From: Chiloscyllium plagiosum
Taxonomy: Eukaryota
Length of the DNA stretch: 42,912 nt
Direction of reading: 5' to 3'
Assembly (NCBI RefSeq): GCF_004010195.1
Contig: NC_057759.1
Span: 1,086,255-1,129,166, forward strand
The translations under genes and the position numbers were made by a program. A model generated the notes under the pieces. The model was not told the origin of the DNA. It ran no database searches and worked only from the letters and a program-made list of their open reading frames with translations. Shown piece after piece: positions 21,020 to 32,829 of the stretch; position 1 is the first letter of the stretch, and every line of letters begins with the position of its first letter.

Positions 21020-22660
21020 GATGCTACAGAGATACTGTCAGGGCCCCAGCTATTTCCTCTCTCGCCTCCCCTAGCAACCTGGGATAAATCCCATCCAGTC
21101 CTGGGGACTTGTTCATCTTGATAACCTCTAGCCTGCTCAACACATCTTCGAACTTATTTCAACATGATCCAGAGTAATCAAGCTTCTACCTCTAATCTCA
21201 ATAGTCATCATGTTCCTCTCCTCCGTGAACACTGATGCAAATGTGTGATTCACAATCTCCCCCATTTTCTCAGGTTTGATGTATGGCCTTCCTTCCTTAT
21301 CCTTTCGTGGACCAATCTTTTCTCTCATTACCCACTTGGTTCTTATATAAGAATAAAAGGCTTTGGAATTCTCCATAATTCTGCTCGCTGAAGCAATGTC
21401 ATGACCCTTTTTAGCCCGCTTGATTCCTTGTTTAAGACTGGTCCTACTCTGCTGATATTCCTCCAGGGCCTGTTCTGTTCTTACCTGCCTGGACCTTATG
21501 TATGCTTCCCTTTTCCTGTTGGCTGGTTGTACAATTTCTCCTGTCATCCATGGTTCACGATTCTTGCCTTCCCTATCCCTTGCTTTCAACGGGACATGCC
21601 TACCCTGCATTATCTTCAACCTATCTTTGAAAGCCTCCCACATATCAAATCTGGACTTCCCTTCAAATAGCTGTGTCCAATCCCCATTTCACAGCTCCTA
21701 CCTAATTTTGATATAATTGGCCTTGGCCCAGTTTAGTATGCTTCCCTTAGGACCACTCTCATCTTTGTCTAAGAGTATACTAAAACTTACAGAATTGTGG
21801 TCACTGTTCCCAAATGAATCCCCACTGCAACTTCTACCACCTAGTCTGGCTCATTCCCCAACACCAGGTTCAATATGGTCCCTTCCCTCATCGAACTATT
21901 GACAGACTGCTCGAGAAAACTGTCCTGGATGCTTCTTACAAATTCTGCCCCATCCAGACCTGTGGCACTAAATGTATCCCAGTCAATGTTGGGAAAATTA
22001 AACACAGGTGAGGTGCCAGAGGACTGCAGGGTTGCTCATGTTGTCCCCCTGTACAAGAAGGGTAGTAGGGATAGTCCGGGTAACTACACACCAGTGAGCC
22101 TGATGTCAGTGGTGGGAAAGTTGCTGAAGAAGGTACTGAAGGATAAAATCTATTTATATTTGGAAAAGAATGGGCTGATCGGTGATAGGCAACATGATTT
22201 TGTGCAGGAGAGATCATGCCTTACCAACTTAATAGAGTTCTTTGAGGAAGTGACCAAGTTGTTAAATGAAGGAAAAGCGATACATGTCACACACATGGAC
22301 TTTAGTAAGGCGTTTGATAAGGTTCTCCATGGTAAACTAATGGAGAAAGTGAAGTCACGTGGTGTGCAAGGTGTTCCAGCCAGGCAGATAAAAAACTGGT
22401 TGAGCAGCAGGAGACAGAGTAGTAGTTGAAGGTAGTTTCTTGAAAAGGAGAAAGGTTACTAGTGGTGTTCCACAGGGATCAGTGCCGGAGCCACTGTTCG
22501 TATGATCAGCAAGTTTGCAGATGACACGAAGATTGGTGGAGTAGCAGAAAGCATAGGGGACTGTCAAAGAATACAGGAGAATATAGATAGACTGGACAGT
22601 TGGGTGGCAAAGTGGCAGATGGAGTTCAATCCAGGCAAATGTGAGGTGATGCATTTTGGG
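21020..22660. mobile_element. CR1 fragment with inverted 5' part (21020-22002 minus; 21997-22660 plus)
   Basis: The minus piece ends at ...EIAGALT.. and the plus piece resumes LNTGEVPED, then FSKAFDKV and SKFADDTK. Confidence 0.88.
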
Positions 22661-23599
22661 ATCACTCGTAACATTGTTCTTGCCAATTTCTGCAATGTAC
22701 AAGATATTTCCCCTTACCAAACGCTGCAGTTATAAATATAAACTTACTTTCAATTCGCAGAAGCTGATATTCAAAGAATATGGGTGTGGAGGGGACGGAG
22801 TCCTACCTGAGACTGTCCAAAGTGGTGTGTGGTCACACTCAAAATTGTAGATACTAAATGAGATACATTCTTATGTTAATGACTGACACCTACAGAGTAA
22901 AAACAACAGGTTACACTTTAGAAGGTTTGAGTTACAGTCCAGTAACATACTGACATGTAAAGACTGTGAAATAGAGCAAACAAAAATGCTTTACATCCCA
23001 GAAATGGATAGGCACAGATTGGAGGAACATTTCCAAGTGGCATGCAAATAGTGTAATGTTTTATCGCTCACATCAGTGTTTGGTGGATACAGAATAAAAC
23101 CTGTCTTGAAGTAACACTAATTGACTATTACACAGAGGACCAGAGCCTCAGATGTTGAGTTAATGGCAAATATATAAATAAAGACTGGACAGATACAAAA
23201 TTAAAGTGCCACACATATAGCATGCTAACAGTTGCTGGTTAACAGGCATTTGTATGAGACAGAGAAATGCCCTAAATCTCTTCGTGAAACTGCAATACTC
23301 CGAAATAAAAAGTGCAGCAACATGGTTCTGGTACACTGTAGGTACTTGCAAAGCACACATTTACAGAACGGTCTCTGGGCCCACAGTTAACAATCAATTT
23401 CTCAGAAATATATCAATCCCACGGTCAAGACAGACATTTTCAATCCGAGACACAAAAACAAAACGCTTTAAATGGGGACTTTTTCCATCTCTCTCCAACT
23501 CCGTGCAGTTGAGAACTAGTTCCGTCAACCTGTGCCGCTGCACAATTTCTTGTTCACTCCCACCTCTCTGTCTGTGTGTGTATTTGTCATTATTATTGA

Positions 23600-23882
23600 G
23601 TTTGGCGAGTCCCGGAGCCGGCCCTGTTGTTTCTCTCTCCTGAAAGGGTTGTCCCTTTAAAGAGTCTTTCCCCTGAAGCAGCTGCTAACGGTCACTTGGG
23701 GCACGAGGCGGCCGTTAACCGCCATCTCGCGCGGGGCCTGAAGCTAAAATGGCGCCGGGGCCACGCGGGAAGGAAAAGCGCCGAGGGAGAGCGGACTGTG
23801 TCAACATGTGCCGTTCCCGAGGGTCAGGATGGTGGTTATTGGGGGGTGGAGGGGGATAGGAGAGATCCTCCCCCCGGTGAGG
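23600..23882. promoter_or_regulatory. CpG-rich promoter-like island
   Basis: Local CpG enrichment; two opposed YY1-type cores (CCGCCATCT ~23719, AAAATGGCG ~23746); donor-like CCG|GTGAGG at 23876/23877. Confidence 0.6.
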
Positions 23883-24128
23883 TATATTGTACAGACTGCG
23901 AGGTCTCTATCTCTCTCTGTTGGACTGTCTATGACTTGCTTTAACACTATGTCGATTAATCTCGATGATCTTGTGTCTCTTTCTGACTCTGACTATGTTT
24001 CTATATAACTCCATATGCCTGTGTGTGTCTCTGTCTCTCTCTGTTTCTCCCTGCCTCTCTGACTTTCTCAGTGACTCTGTAACTCTCTCTGACAACAACT
24101 CGTGCCTAACAGTTTGGTTTAATCACAG

Positions 24129-24400
24129 GCATCCCTGTGTCAGTCCTAGAGCTGAGTGTCCACACTGGAAATGAGGTAGTGGAGGGAGACAGCGCCTCAT
24201 TAAACCACTCTTTCAACCCCAATTCAATATACTTTCTACAAGGATGGTGAAGAGATTTAGTGGGAATACTCCAACCACTGCAGAGCCTTACACACAATCA
24301 TCAACATCAGCAAAAGTGAAGAGGGCAGTTAGCACTGTGCTGTTTCTAACCAGCAGGCAGAGTCTCTCCTGAATAGCAAATTTATCGCCATTTCAGTGAG
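24129..24400 (+). pseudogene. Receptor Ig-domain exon A
   Basis: CAG| then GIPVSVLELSVHTGNEVVEGDSASL / TPIQYTFYKDGEEI*...ISKSEEGS*HCAVSNQ...SKFIAISV. One frameshift, two stops, first Cys lost. Confidence 0.85.
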
Positions 24401-24434
24401 TTTTTAAGCAACTCTATACATATCGACATCATCA

Positions 24435-25232
24435 GAGCAGTGTGATAGCGCTGGGGAAGCATGCAGAGGGAGATTTACCAGGTTATTGTCTTGGGGGCTG
24501 GAAAGTTTCAGTGATGAAGAGAGATTGGACAGACCGGGGTTGTTTTCCTTAGAGCAGAGCAGGTTGAGAGTGTGGGGACATGATTGAGCTATATTAAATG
24601 ATGAGGGGCGTAGATAGGGTATACAGGAAGAAACCTCCCCTGCTCCCTTGAAGGAGGGATCAATGACTGGGGGAGGGGCATAGATTTAAGGTAAGGGGTA
24701 AGAGGTTTCGAGGGGGATGTGAAGGAAAAATTTCACTGAAGGGGGAGGGGGAGGGGGGGTCTGGAACTCACTGCCTGTAAGGGTGGGAGAGGCAGAAATT
24801 CTCATCACATTGAAGAACGATTTAGATGTGCATTTGCAATCCAAGGCGAGAGTCAGATTAAGTGGTCTTTGATGTTTCATATGTATATTGCTGCAGAAAT
24901 AGGGGCTTGGATAAGGTGAATAATCAAGGTCATTTCCCCAGGACAGGGAGTCCAAAATAGAGGGCATTGGTTTAAGGTGAGAGGGGAAAGATTTAAAAGC
25001 GACCTGAGGGATAACTTTTTCACAGATGGTGGTGCATTTTTTGGAATGAGCTGCCAGAGGAAGTGGCAGAAGGGGGTACAATAACAACCTTTAAGAGCTA
25101 TTTGGAAAGATGCATGGATAGGAAAGGTTTTGACAGATATGGGCCAAACACAAGCAAATGCAGCTAGTTCTGTTTAGAGACTTCGTGAGCATGGACGAGT
25201 TGGGCCAAACGGCCTGTTTCCATTCTGTGACA
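24435..25232 (+). mobile_element. Two consecutive CR1-type 3' fragments
   Basis: LFSLEQSRLR and WNSLP/WNELP-type C-terminal motifs and a CR1 3' UTR. Confidence 0.75.
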
Positions 25233-25295
25233 TTCCAACTGGGAGTCTGGTATTGGAGAACAGAGAACAGGTATTGGTTGCTTTTAACTGGCATG

Positions 25296-25568
25296 GAAGA
25301 TGTTCAAAGTAGGGTGTGGGATGGGGACAGTGACGGTAACCCCAGGATGTTGACAGAAGGTGGGGGTGGGGGGGACTGTGAGTAACCCCCAGAATTAACA
25401 GTGAGGTGGGGGTCGGGACAATGACGGTAACTCCCAGGATGTTGAATGTGATTTAGGGTGGGGACAGTGACAGAAACCCCCAGAATGTTGAATGTGTGCT
25501 GGGGGTAGGGACAGTGACAGTAACTCCCGGGATGTTGATGCTGCAAGGGTTGGGGATAGGGATGGTAA
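25296..25568. repeat. G-rich minisatellite, ~43-45 bp unit, ~6 diverged copies
   Basis: Recurrent ggatgttgaatgtg...gggacagtgacggtaaccccca. Confidence 0.8.
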
Positions 25569-25810
25569 TACCATTGAACATCAAGAGGACAATGGTTGGA
25601 TGGTGTACCATTTGACCATCCATAGTTAACTCAAATCTTTCGAAGTGTAGATTTTACAACAGATGGAAACTTTGCAACGATGTGAAACCTCAGTTGCTTT
25701 ATTTCTCCTTTCTGTCAGTTATTATCCTGTCATAGAAGTTAACATCTGTGAAAAGAAAGACAATTTCAACATCCAATCTTTTATTTCCTCGTTGTCTTGT
25801 TTTGTTCCAG

Positions 25811-26104
25811 TTCCTGTTGCTGGGGTTTTCCTCACCCCCAGAGTCAGGAAAATGGAGGTTCCGATTGGGAATTGTCTTGTTCGAGAGTGTGTATTGTGTT
25901 GAGGTACAGGATCGTACTTTCAACGGTACCTTCAAAGGTAAGCTTTAAATAATGCCAGCGGGAACTACAACTTTAGCTCAGACAGGAGAGAGCTGGCCAT
26001 TGAATCCTCCAGTTCCAGCACCAAGGCAGATACCTTGTTGCGATCAACAGGGGTTGGAACAATATTTAGTGTGACCAGGAATTCCATCAACCTCACAGAG
26101 CTAG
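25811..26104 (+). pseudogene. Receptor Ig-domain exon B (294 nt, phase 1-1)
   Basis: ttgttccAG| VPVAGVFLTPRVRKMEVPIGNCLVREC...*GTGSYFQRY...ALNNASGNYNFSSDRRELAIES; a shifted frame gives HQGRY..VAIN; ends SINLTEL-G|GTAATT. Confidence 0.82.
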
Positions 26105-26182
26105 GTAATTCATTCTTCATCTTTGATCTGTGCTCGTTCTTCACTGGGGTTCAGCTGAAGTCTTGACATGAACACTCTAAAA

Positions 26183-26400
26183 TGAAAGTGTGTTGTTGGA
26201 AAAGCGCAGCAGGTCAGGCAGCATCCAAGGAACAGGAGTATCGACGTTTCGGGCATAAGCCCTTCTTCAGGAATTCCTGAAGAAGGGCTTATGCCCGAAA
26301 CGTCGATTCTCCTGTTCCTTGGATGCTGCCTGACCTGCTGCAGTTTTCCAGCAACACATTTTCAGCTCTGATCTCCAACATCTGCAGTCCTCACTTTCTC
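26183..26400. mobile_element. Palindromic Penelope terminal-repeat insertion with 16-bp TSD and hammerhead motifs
   Basis: 91-bp arms centred on GAATTC (26271-26276); CATGAACACTCTAAAA at 26167-26182 and 26401-26416. Confidence 0.88.
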
Positions 26401-26499
26401 CATGAACACTCTAAAAAAAATTACTTCAGAAACTCAGCACGTCGGCAGCATCTGTGGGGGGAAGGGAAAGAGAGAGTAATATCCTTTCCTAGATAAGGG

Positions 26500-27105
26500 A
26501 GGCCTTTATAGCGAGAGGATTCAAGTCCTAAGTGCAGGGATGTCTCGTTACAATTGGACAGGGTGAGACCACACCCTGGAGAACTCTGTGCGCAGTTTGG
26601 GGTTTCCTTATTTGAGGAACGATATTGTGCCTATGGAGGGAGTGCACTGAAGGTTTCCCACAATGATTCCTGGGATGGCAGGACTGACAGATGGAGAGAG
26701 ACTGGAATGGTTAGGATGATATTCACTGGAGTTTAGAAGAATTAAGGGGGAATCTCGTAGAAACCTATAAATTTGAACAAGGATGAAACCCAATAAACAT
26801 GCAGAGAGTGTTCCCGGTGACCAGGCGGAGAGTCCAGAACTAGGGGGTCACGGTCAAAAGGGAATGGAATGGGAATGAGATGGGGTGAATTGTCTTGACG
26901 CTGAGAGTGGGGAGCCTGTAGAATTCTCTGCCACAGAAAGCAGTCAGGGCCAGAACACTGAATGTTGTTCAGGAAGGAGTTGGATTGAGTTCTTAGGGGG
27001 TAAAGGGAGAATGCGGGGAGACAGGGGATTGTGTTGGGTGATCAGCCATGATCCCTTTGAATGGGCAGAGCAGGCTAGAGGGACTGAATGGCCTCCCCCC
27101 TCCAA
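26500..27105 (+). mobile_element. CR1 3' fragment
   Basis: VRPHPGELCAQFG and FRRIKGES remnants plus a 3' UTR. Confidence 0.75.
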
Positions 27106-27455
27106 ATGATATTTTCGATGTTTCTCTGTGAATGGCCCAGTTGCCACTGACAGGTGGAGGACAAGGGAAGTTTTGCCTCGATATATGGAGTCCGTGAAAA
27201 TGAGGGACAGTAATTTCTAGTCGACCATTTAGAGAGAGTGGGTGCAGAGTGATCTTTTGAGTTTAGCATGGAATAGTTTGGGTTGGATCGGTGGGATATT
27301 GTTAATGAGAGAGGCTGCACAGAAACAATTATGTTAATGCAATGGTGAGGGTTTGGAGAGAATTTTACAGACACGAGTGTTGGCAGGGGGTCAGGGCAAC
27401 AGGGAACAGGAAACACTGGGGTTGGTGTTTGCTGAAGGGATGATGTTATTGACAG

Positions 27456-27939
27456 GAAATCCCTCTCTGAATCCAGCACAGGCACTCAGCACTGAGATGG
27501 CAGTACTCATTGTCCCACTGTTTCTGATCCTTTCTCTCCTCATATTTTTTTTTTAGATTACTTTTTTTTAGATTAGATTACTTACAGTGTGGAAACAGGC
27601 CCTTCGGCCCAACAAGTCCACACCGACCCGCCGAAGCGCAACCCACCCATACCCCTACATTTACCCCTTACCTAACACTATGGGCAATTTAGCATGGCCA
27701 ATTCACCTGACCTGCACATCTTTTGGACTGTGGGAGGAAACCGAAGCACCCGGAGGAAACCCACGCAGACACGGGAGAACGTGCAAACTCCACACAGTCA
27801 GTCGCCTGAGGCGGGAATTGAACCCAAGTCTCTGGCACTGTGAGGCAGCAGTGCTAACCACTGTGCCACCGTGCCGCCCACATATTTCTTCCCATTAAAC
27901 TCCGGAATTGGAAACAAGATGGGTGAGACACTCCAGCAG
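27456..27939 (+). pseudogene. Receptor transmembrane exon, split by a SINE
   Basis: Removing 27548-27887 gives GNPSLNPAQALSTEMAVLIVPLFLILSLLIFLPIKLRNWKQD. Candidate donors at 27923 and 27940. Confidence 0.82.
27548..27880 (-). mobile_element. HE1-like SINE, young, TSD CATATTT
   Basis: Full length with a (TAATC)n tail; CATATTT at 27541-27547 and 27881-27887. Confidence 0.92.
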
Positions 27940-28189
27940 GTAACCCTGGCGATCATTCTCCAGTTGGCACTCGATGTAGGTTTCAAACTGATGTTGCTCA
28001 CATAGTGTATGAGGGTGTGCGTATGAGAGAGTATGTGTATGAGTGCGTTTGAGTGATAGTGTGAAAGTGTACATCTGTGTGAGAGAGACACACACACATT
28101 CTCATTGACCCTTACACATACTTTCACGTGCGCGCACACACTCAGTCACTTCTGCAGTGCACCTTGTAGACCACACTTGAGAAGCCGAA

Positions 28190-28625
28190 CACCATCCAGG
28201 GACAACGCAGCCCCTGCTTGATTGGCACCACATCCACACCCTCCACCACCCATGCTCAGTAGCAGCTACGAGATGCCCTTCAGAAGTTCACCAAAGATCT
28301 TCAGGCAGCACCTTCCAAACCCACAACCACGTCCATCTAGAGGGACAAGCACAACAGATACATGAGAATACCACCTCCTGCAAGTTTCTCTTTGAGCCAC
28401 TCACCAATTTGGACATATATATCAGCCATTCGTTTAGTGTCGCTGGGTCGAAATCCTGTAATTCCCTCTTTAATGGTGTCATGTGTCTACCTACAGCATA
28501 GGGACTGCAGTGGTTCAAGAAGGCAGCTCAGTACCTCCTTCTCAAGGGGCCAACTTGGGTTGGATATTAAACTCTCGGCCCAGCCAGTGATTTCCACAAC
28601 CCACCAGTGAATTAAAAAAGAAATA
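28190..28625 (+). mobile_element. Non-LTR retrotransposon 3' fragment (second copy at 33965-34240)
   Basis: Two diverged copies in the window share 'ggactgcagtggttcaagaaggcagctca' and end in 'gtgaat(t)aa'; clade not assigned. Confidence 0.65.
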
Positions 28626-28879
28626 AAGCACTATTTGGGAACATGCTGTATGAGGATGTGGGCAGGCTGAACAAGTGGCAGACGAAATTACTTGGGGACA
28701 CATACAAAGAAATGTGCTGTGTTCAGAGGAATGGTTAGCACAGATATAAGCTAAAGGTTAAAATTGGAATAATTGTTGCTTGCGCATCAGTCAAAGAATC
28801 CAGATTCATTTGCTAGCAGGAGAAGCTGAATATTTACAGTAAAACTTTCCTGTGTTCTTTCTCTCTTATTTTTTTCCAG

Positions 28880-28906
28880 CATGTTCCCGGCAACACAGTT
28901 AAGTTG
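28880..28906 (+). pseudogene. Receptor cytoplasmic exon 1 (27 nt, HVPGNTVKL)
   Basis: Long pyrimidine tract + CAG acceptor, GTGAGG donor; reading phase inferred. Confidence 0.55.
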
Positions 28907-29129
28907 GTGAGGTGGTTAGCAACTTCGAACAGCATTGAAACACTGTCCAAATAGCCTGAAAATCACTCTGGGGTGCAAACCCAGCAATTTTACACTTGTT
29001 AGATAAATCGGAGCAAATGAACCATTAAGTCTGGCTCGTAAAGCACAACAGTTCAAATCGAGGACACACTCTCAATTTCCGTTAGACAGTAAACTGAGAG
29101 TTGGTCAGTCCCATTAGTGGTGAGGTTAT

Positions 29130-29730
29130 CCATTGCAGTTGGAAGAATTATAAAAGGGAACTTATCATCTGAATAGGAGAGAAAGTTAAAAATGTCAATG
29201 CAAAAGCTACAGCAGGTCACAAGGAAGACATTTATTGCAAAAGGAATGGAGTATGGAAGTAGGTAATTGTTACTGCAACTGTACAAGGGATTGGGGTTTC
29301 CACATCCGGAGTACTGCAGACAGTTTTGGTCCCCTTCCTTGAGGAGGGATGTAGTTGAATTGGAGGGAGTTCAAAGGAGATCATTGAATTGATTGCCCAG
29401 ATGAGATTTTAATCTTATGAGAAGAGACTGGTACAATTTTGATGTCTTTACTTGAGGACTGATGCAGTTATACTGGAGGTAGTTCAGAGGAGATTCACTC
29501 AATCATTTCCAGAGATGAAGGGTTTGTCTTACATGAGAGATTGAGCAGTTTCTCTGGAGTTTGGAAGAGAGGAGATCTAACTGAAGGTTATAAGATGCTA
29601 AAGGGGGTATTGACAGAGGATGTTTGAGAGAGATGTGGGAGAATCTAGAACGAGAGGTTATCATTTCAGGATAAGGGGCTGGACAGACTGAAAACAGAGT
29701 TAAGGAGCAATGAATTCTCTCAAATGAGGA
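29130..29730 (+). mobile_element. Old CR1 C-terminal fragments
   Basis: LQLYKGLGFPHPEYCRQFWSP remnant. Confidence 0.7.
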
Positions 29731-30479
29731 GGGGGGTTGAACATCACGCCCCCGCCCAACCCCCCACCACTGCATAAATTGGAGGAGGAGACAGACAGAN
29801 NNNNNNNNNNNNNNNNNNNNNNNNNNNNNNNNNNNNNNNNNNNNNNNNNNNNNNNNNNNNNNNNNNNNNNNNNNNNNNNNNNNNNNNNNNNNNNNNNNNN
29901 NNNNNNNNNNNNNNNNNNNNNNNNNNNNNNNNNNNNNNNNNNNNNNNNNNNNNNNNNNNNNNNNNNNNNNNNNNNNNNNNNNNNNNNNNNNNNNNNNNNN
30001 NNNNNNNNNNNNNNNNNNNNNNNNNNNNNNNNNNNNNNNNNNNNNNNNNNNNNNNNNNNNNNNNNNNNNNNNNNNNNNNNNNNNNNNNNNNNNNNNNNNN
30101 NNNNNNNNNNNNNNNNNNNNNNNNNNNNNNNNNNNNNNNNNNNNNNNNNNNNNNNNNNNNNNNNNNNNNNNNNNNNNNNNNNNNNNNNNNNNNNNNNNNN
30201 NNNNNNNNNNNNNNNNNNNNNNNNNNNNNNNNNNNNNNNNNNNNNNNNNNNNNNNNNNNNNNNNNNNNNNNNNNNNNNNNNNNNNNNNNNNNNNNNNNNN
30301 NNNNNNNNNNNNNNNNNNNNNNNNNNNNNNNNNNNNNNNNNNNNNNNNNNNNNNNNNNNNNNNNNNNNNNNNNNNNNNNNNNNNNNNNNNNNNNNNNNNN
30401 NNNNNNNNNNNNNNNNNNNNNNNNNNNNNNNNNNNNNNNNNNNNNNNNNNNNNNNNNNNNNNNNNNNNNNNGTGGACCT

Positions 30480-30682
30480 CAGCTGGAGTGTCAGAGAGAG
30501 AGAGAGAGGGAGAGAGTGATAACTGGTAGGTGGTGGTTTAACCTGAGGGTTACCATGCCTCACACAAGGGGAGAGATGGAGGACAGTCCTTCATGGTAAC
30601 CTCAGTCAGTGAGAGATTCAAACCCACGCTGTTGATGTTACTCCATATTTCAAACCAACCATCCAGCCAACTGAGCTAACCC
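30480..30682 (-). mobile_element. Second tRNA-derived SINE family (another copy at ~39436-39637)
   Basis: Minus-strand GGTTAGCTCAGTTGG A-box and GGGTTTGAATC B-box; 'ggtttaacctgaggg' core shared by both copies. Confidence 0.7.
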
Positions 30683-31554
30683 AACACAAAGTAGAGGGCA
30701 GAAAAGAAATTAAATCCAGTGACAGCACAGGTATTGAATGGAGAATATTAGATTGTTTTGGAGATATACTTTTGATCTGTTGGGTATTTCTTTGTATGTG
30801 TGTAACACCTTACCTTCACAGACAACAGAAGCTGAATTTAGAAATACATTTGACAAAAGGAGTTGGCCTTCTATTACCCAGGCTGGTTTTGTTCTGTTCT
30901 GCACACCTTCCTTAAGGAAGGGTGTACAAATGCTGGAGACACTGTGAAGGAGATGTACGAGAATGATACCAACGATGAGGGATTTTAGATGCAGGGAAAA
31001 GTTCAGGAGATTGAGCTTATTCTCTTTCGAGCAGAGAAGATGAAGTAGTGACATTATCGTGGTGTTGAAAGTTTGAACAAATCTGACGGGTAAGCAAGTT
31101 ATTGTTTCCCATTCATTGGTCTATTAGTAACTGGCTGGTCAGAATTTCAAGATTGTCAGTGAGAGAGTGAGACGAGGAGAAACTTATTGGGTTGTTGAGT
31201 TTGGAATGTGCTGCTTGGGAGGCAGATTCCATAGGAGGTTCGAAAAGAGAGCTGGATAGAAATTTGAAAGGGATGATGGTAGAGGGCGAAAGATAGGGCT
31301 GGAGATTGGGACTAGCTGGGTAGCCCTTTCAGAAGCTGGTAAGACACAAATTGCTTCCTTCTGTACAGTAAAGTTTTGATTCTCTGAACGTAGATGTTCT
31401 GAGCCACATTCCAGACAATTCCAGGAGGCCATTACTTGTACCTTGGCTCAGTGACCTTTTTGCCAGGGGTTTTCGTCCATGAACAGCAGCAAATTGTTGT
31501 CACGAGTAGGATTGGAACTTGGTTGGGTAATGGTCTGTAAATATTTCATTCCAG

Positions 31555-31648
31555 GGGAAGCAATAGGAAATCGAGCTGAGGGCGCGAGTGAGGACAGAAC
31601 CCGCAAGAAATTTCGAACACGCAAAATTCGGGTCAAGTCAATTGAACG
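31555..31648 (+). pseudogene. Receptor cytoplasmic exon 2
   Basis: ttccAG| GKQ*EIELRARVRTEPARNFEHAKFGSSQLN-g |GTGAGT; the phase-1 end matches the next exon. Confidence 0.6.
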
Positions 31649-31759
31649 GTGAGTATGAATTTATGAGGTGCTGATCCTACACCATCACGTATTGGTCAGC
31701 GTTCATGCTAGTTTTCGTCTGATTCGGACAAAACCAAATCTCTTTCTGAAGTGTTGGAG

Positions 31760-32700
31760 GGAATTTTGGGTTGTTTCCTTTACAACAGAGAAGGTTGATG
31801 GGGGAGGGGGGACATGATAGAGGTGTGTAAGATTGATAGTGTTGTAGAGCAGAGAGCTTTAGACGTTCAGGTACATAATTCTTTGGAGTTTGTGTCACAG
31901 GTAGACAGGGTGTTTGAGAAGGTGTTTACAACACTTGCCTTCATTGATCAGCCCATTGAGTGTTGGAGTTCGGACACCATGTTTTGGTTGTACAGGACAC
32001 TGGTGAAGCCTGTTCTGGTGCATTGTATCCAATTCTGGTTACCCTGTTAGATGAAGGATATTATTAAGCTGGAGAGGGTTCAGAAAAGATATACCAGAAT
32101 GCTGTTGGGAATGGAGTGTTTGAGTTATAAGGAGAGGCTGGCTGGACTGGAACTATTATCACTGGAGCATAGAAGTTTGAGGGGTTTCAAGGTTTATGAA
32201 ATCATGATGGACATAGATGAAGTGAATGGCTAGTGGGGGGGTGACTTCAAGACCAGGGGACATAGTTTTCAGGTGAGAGGAGAAACAATTTTTTAAAAAT
32301 GACATGAGGGGCAACCTTTTTTTGACGGAGAGTGGTTCACTTTTGATTGAACTTTGAGGAAGTGGCGGACCTGGGTACAGTTACAATGTGTAAAACACAT
32401 CTAGGAAACTACAAGAACAGGAAAGGTTAGGAGAGATATGGGCCAAGTGCAACCAAGTGGGACGAGTTTAGTTTGAGATTATGGACAGCATGGACCAGTT
32501 GGACCAAAGCGTCTGTTTCCTTGCTGTGATGCTTGCTATGATGCTATTATGAGGGACATGGACCGGGGAACAGGAAACGGCTGTTTCCCTTAGTCCAAAG
32601 GTCAGTAACAAGGGGGACATCATTTTAATGTGAAGGGTAAGAGGTTTAGAGAGGGATTTAAGGGTTCTTTCACCCAGAGGATGGTGGGGATCTGGAATGT
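31760..32700 (+). mobile_element. CR1 3' fragments
   Basis: LYRTLVKPVLVHCIQFW and DIIKLERVQKRYTRM motifs. Confidence 0.85.
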
Positions 32701-32829
32701 GTGAAAATAAAATATTTGGACTTTCAGTTTCTATTTGAAATCACTAATTGCTCCGGTGTGTGGAAATGCCACTTTGTAACTGCAGGGGAGGGGGGCGCGG
32801 TTCCATGATTTATTAATGTGGAATGTTCG

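Noticed and set aside
23749..23859. MAPGPRGKEKRRGRAD... as the receptor's first coding exon
   Set aside because: It is basic and not signal-peptide-like, it stops before the 23877 donor, and the ATG is part of the YY1 motif.
25811..25937. Shorter exon ending at AAG|GTAAGC
   Set aside because: Ig-domain homology continues to 26104, so this donor is at most cryptic.
29700..30563. 260- and 287-aa ORFs
   Set aside because: Artefacts of the N gap at 29800-30471.
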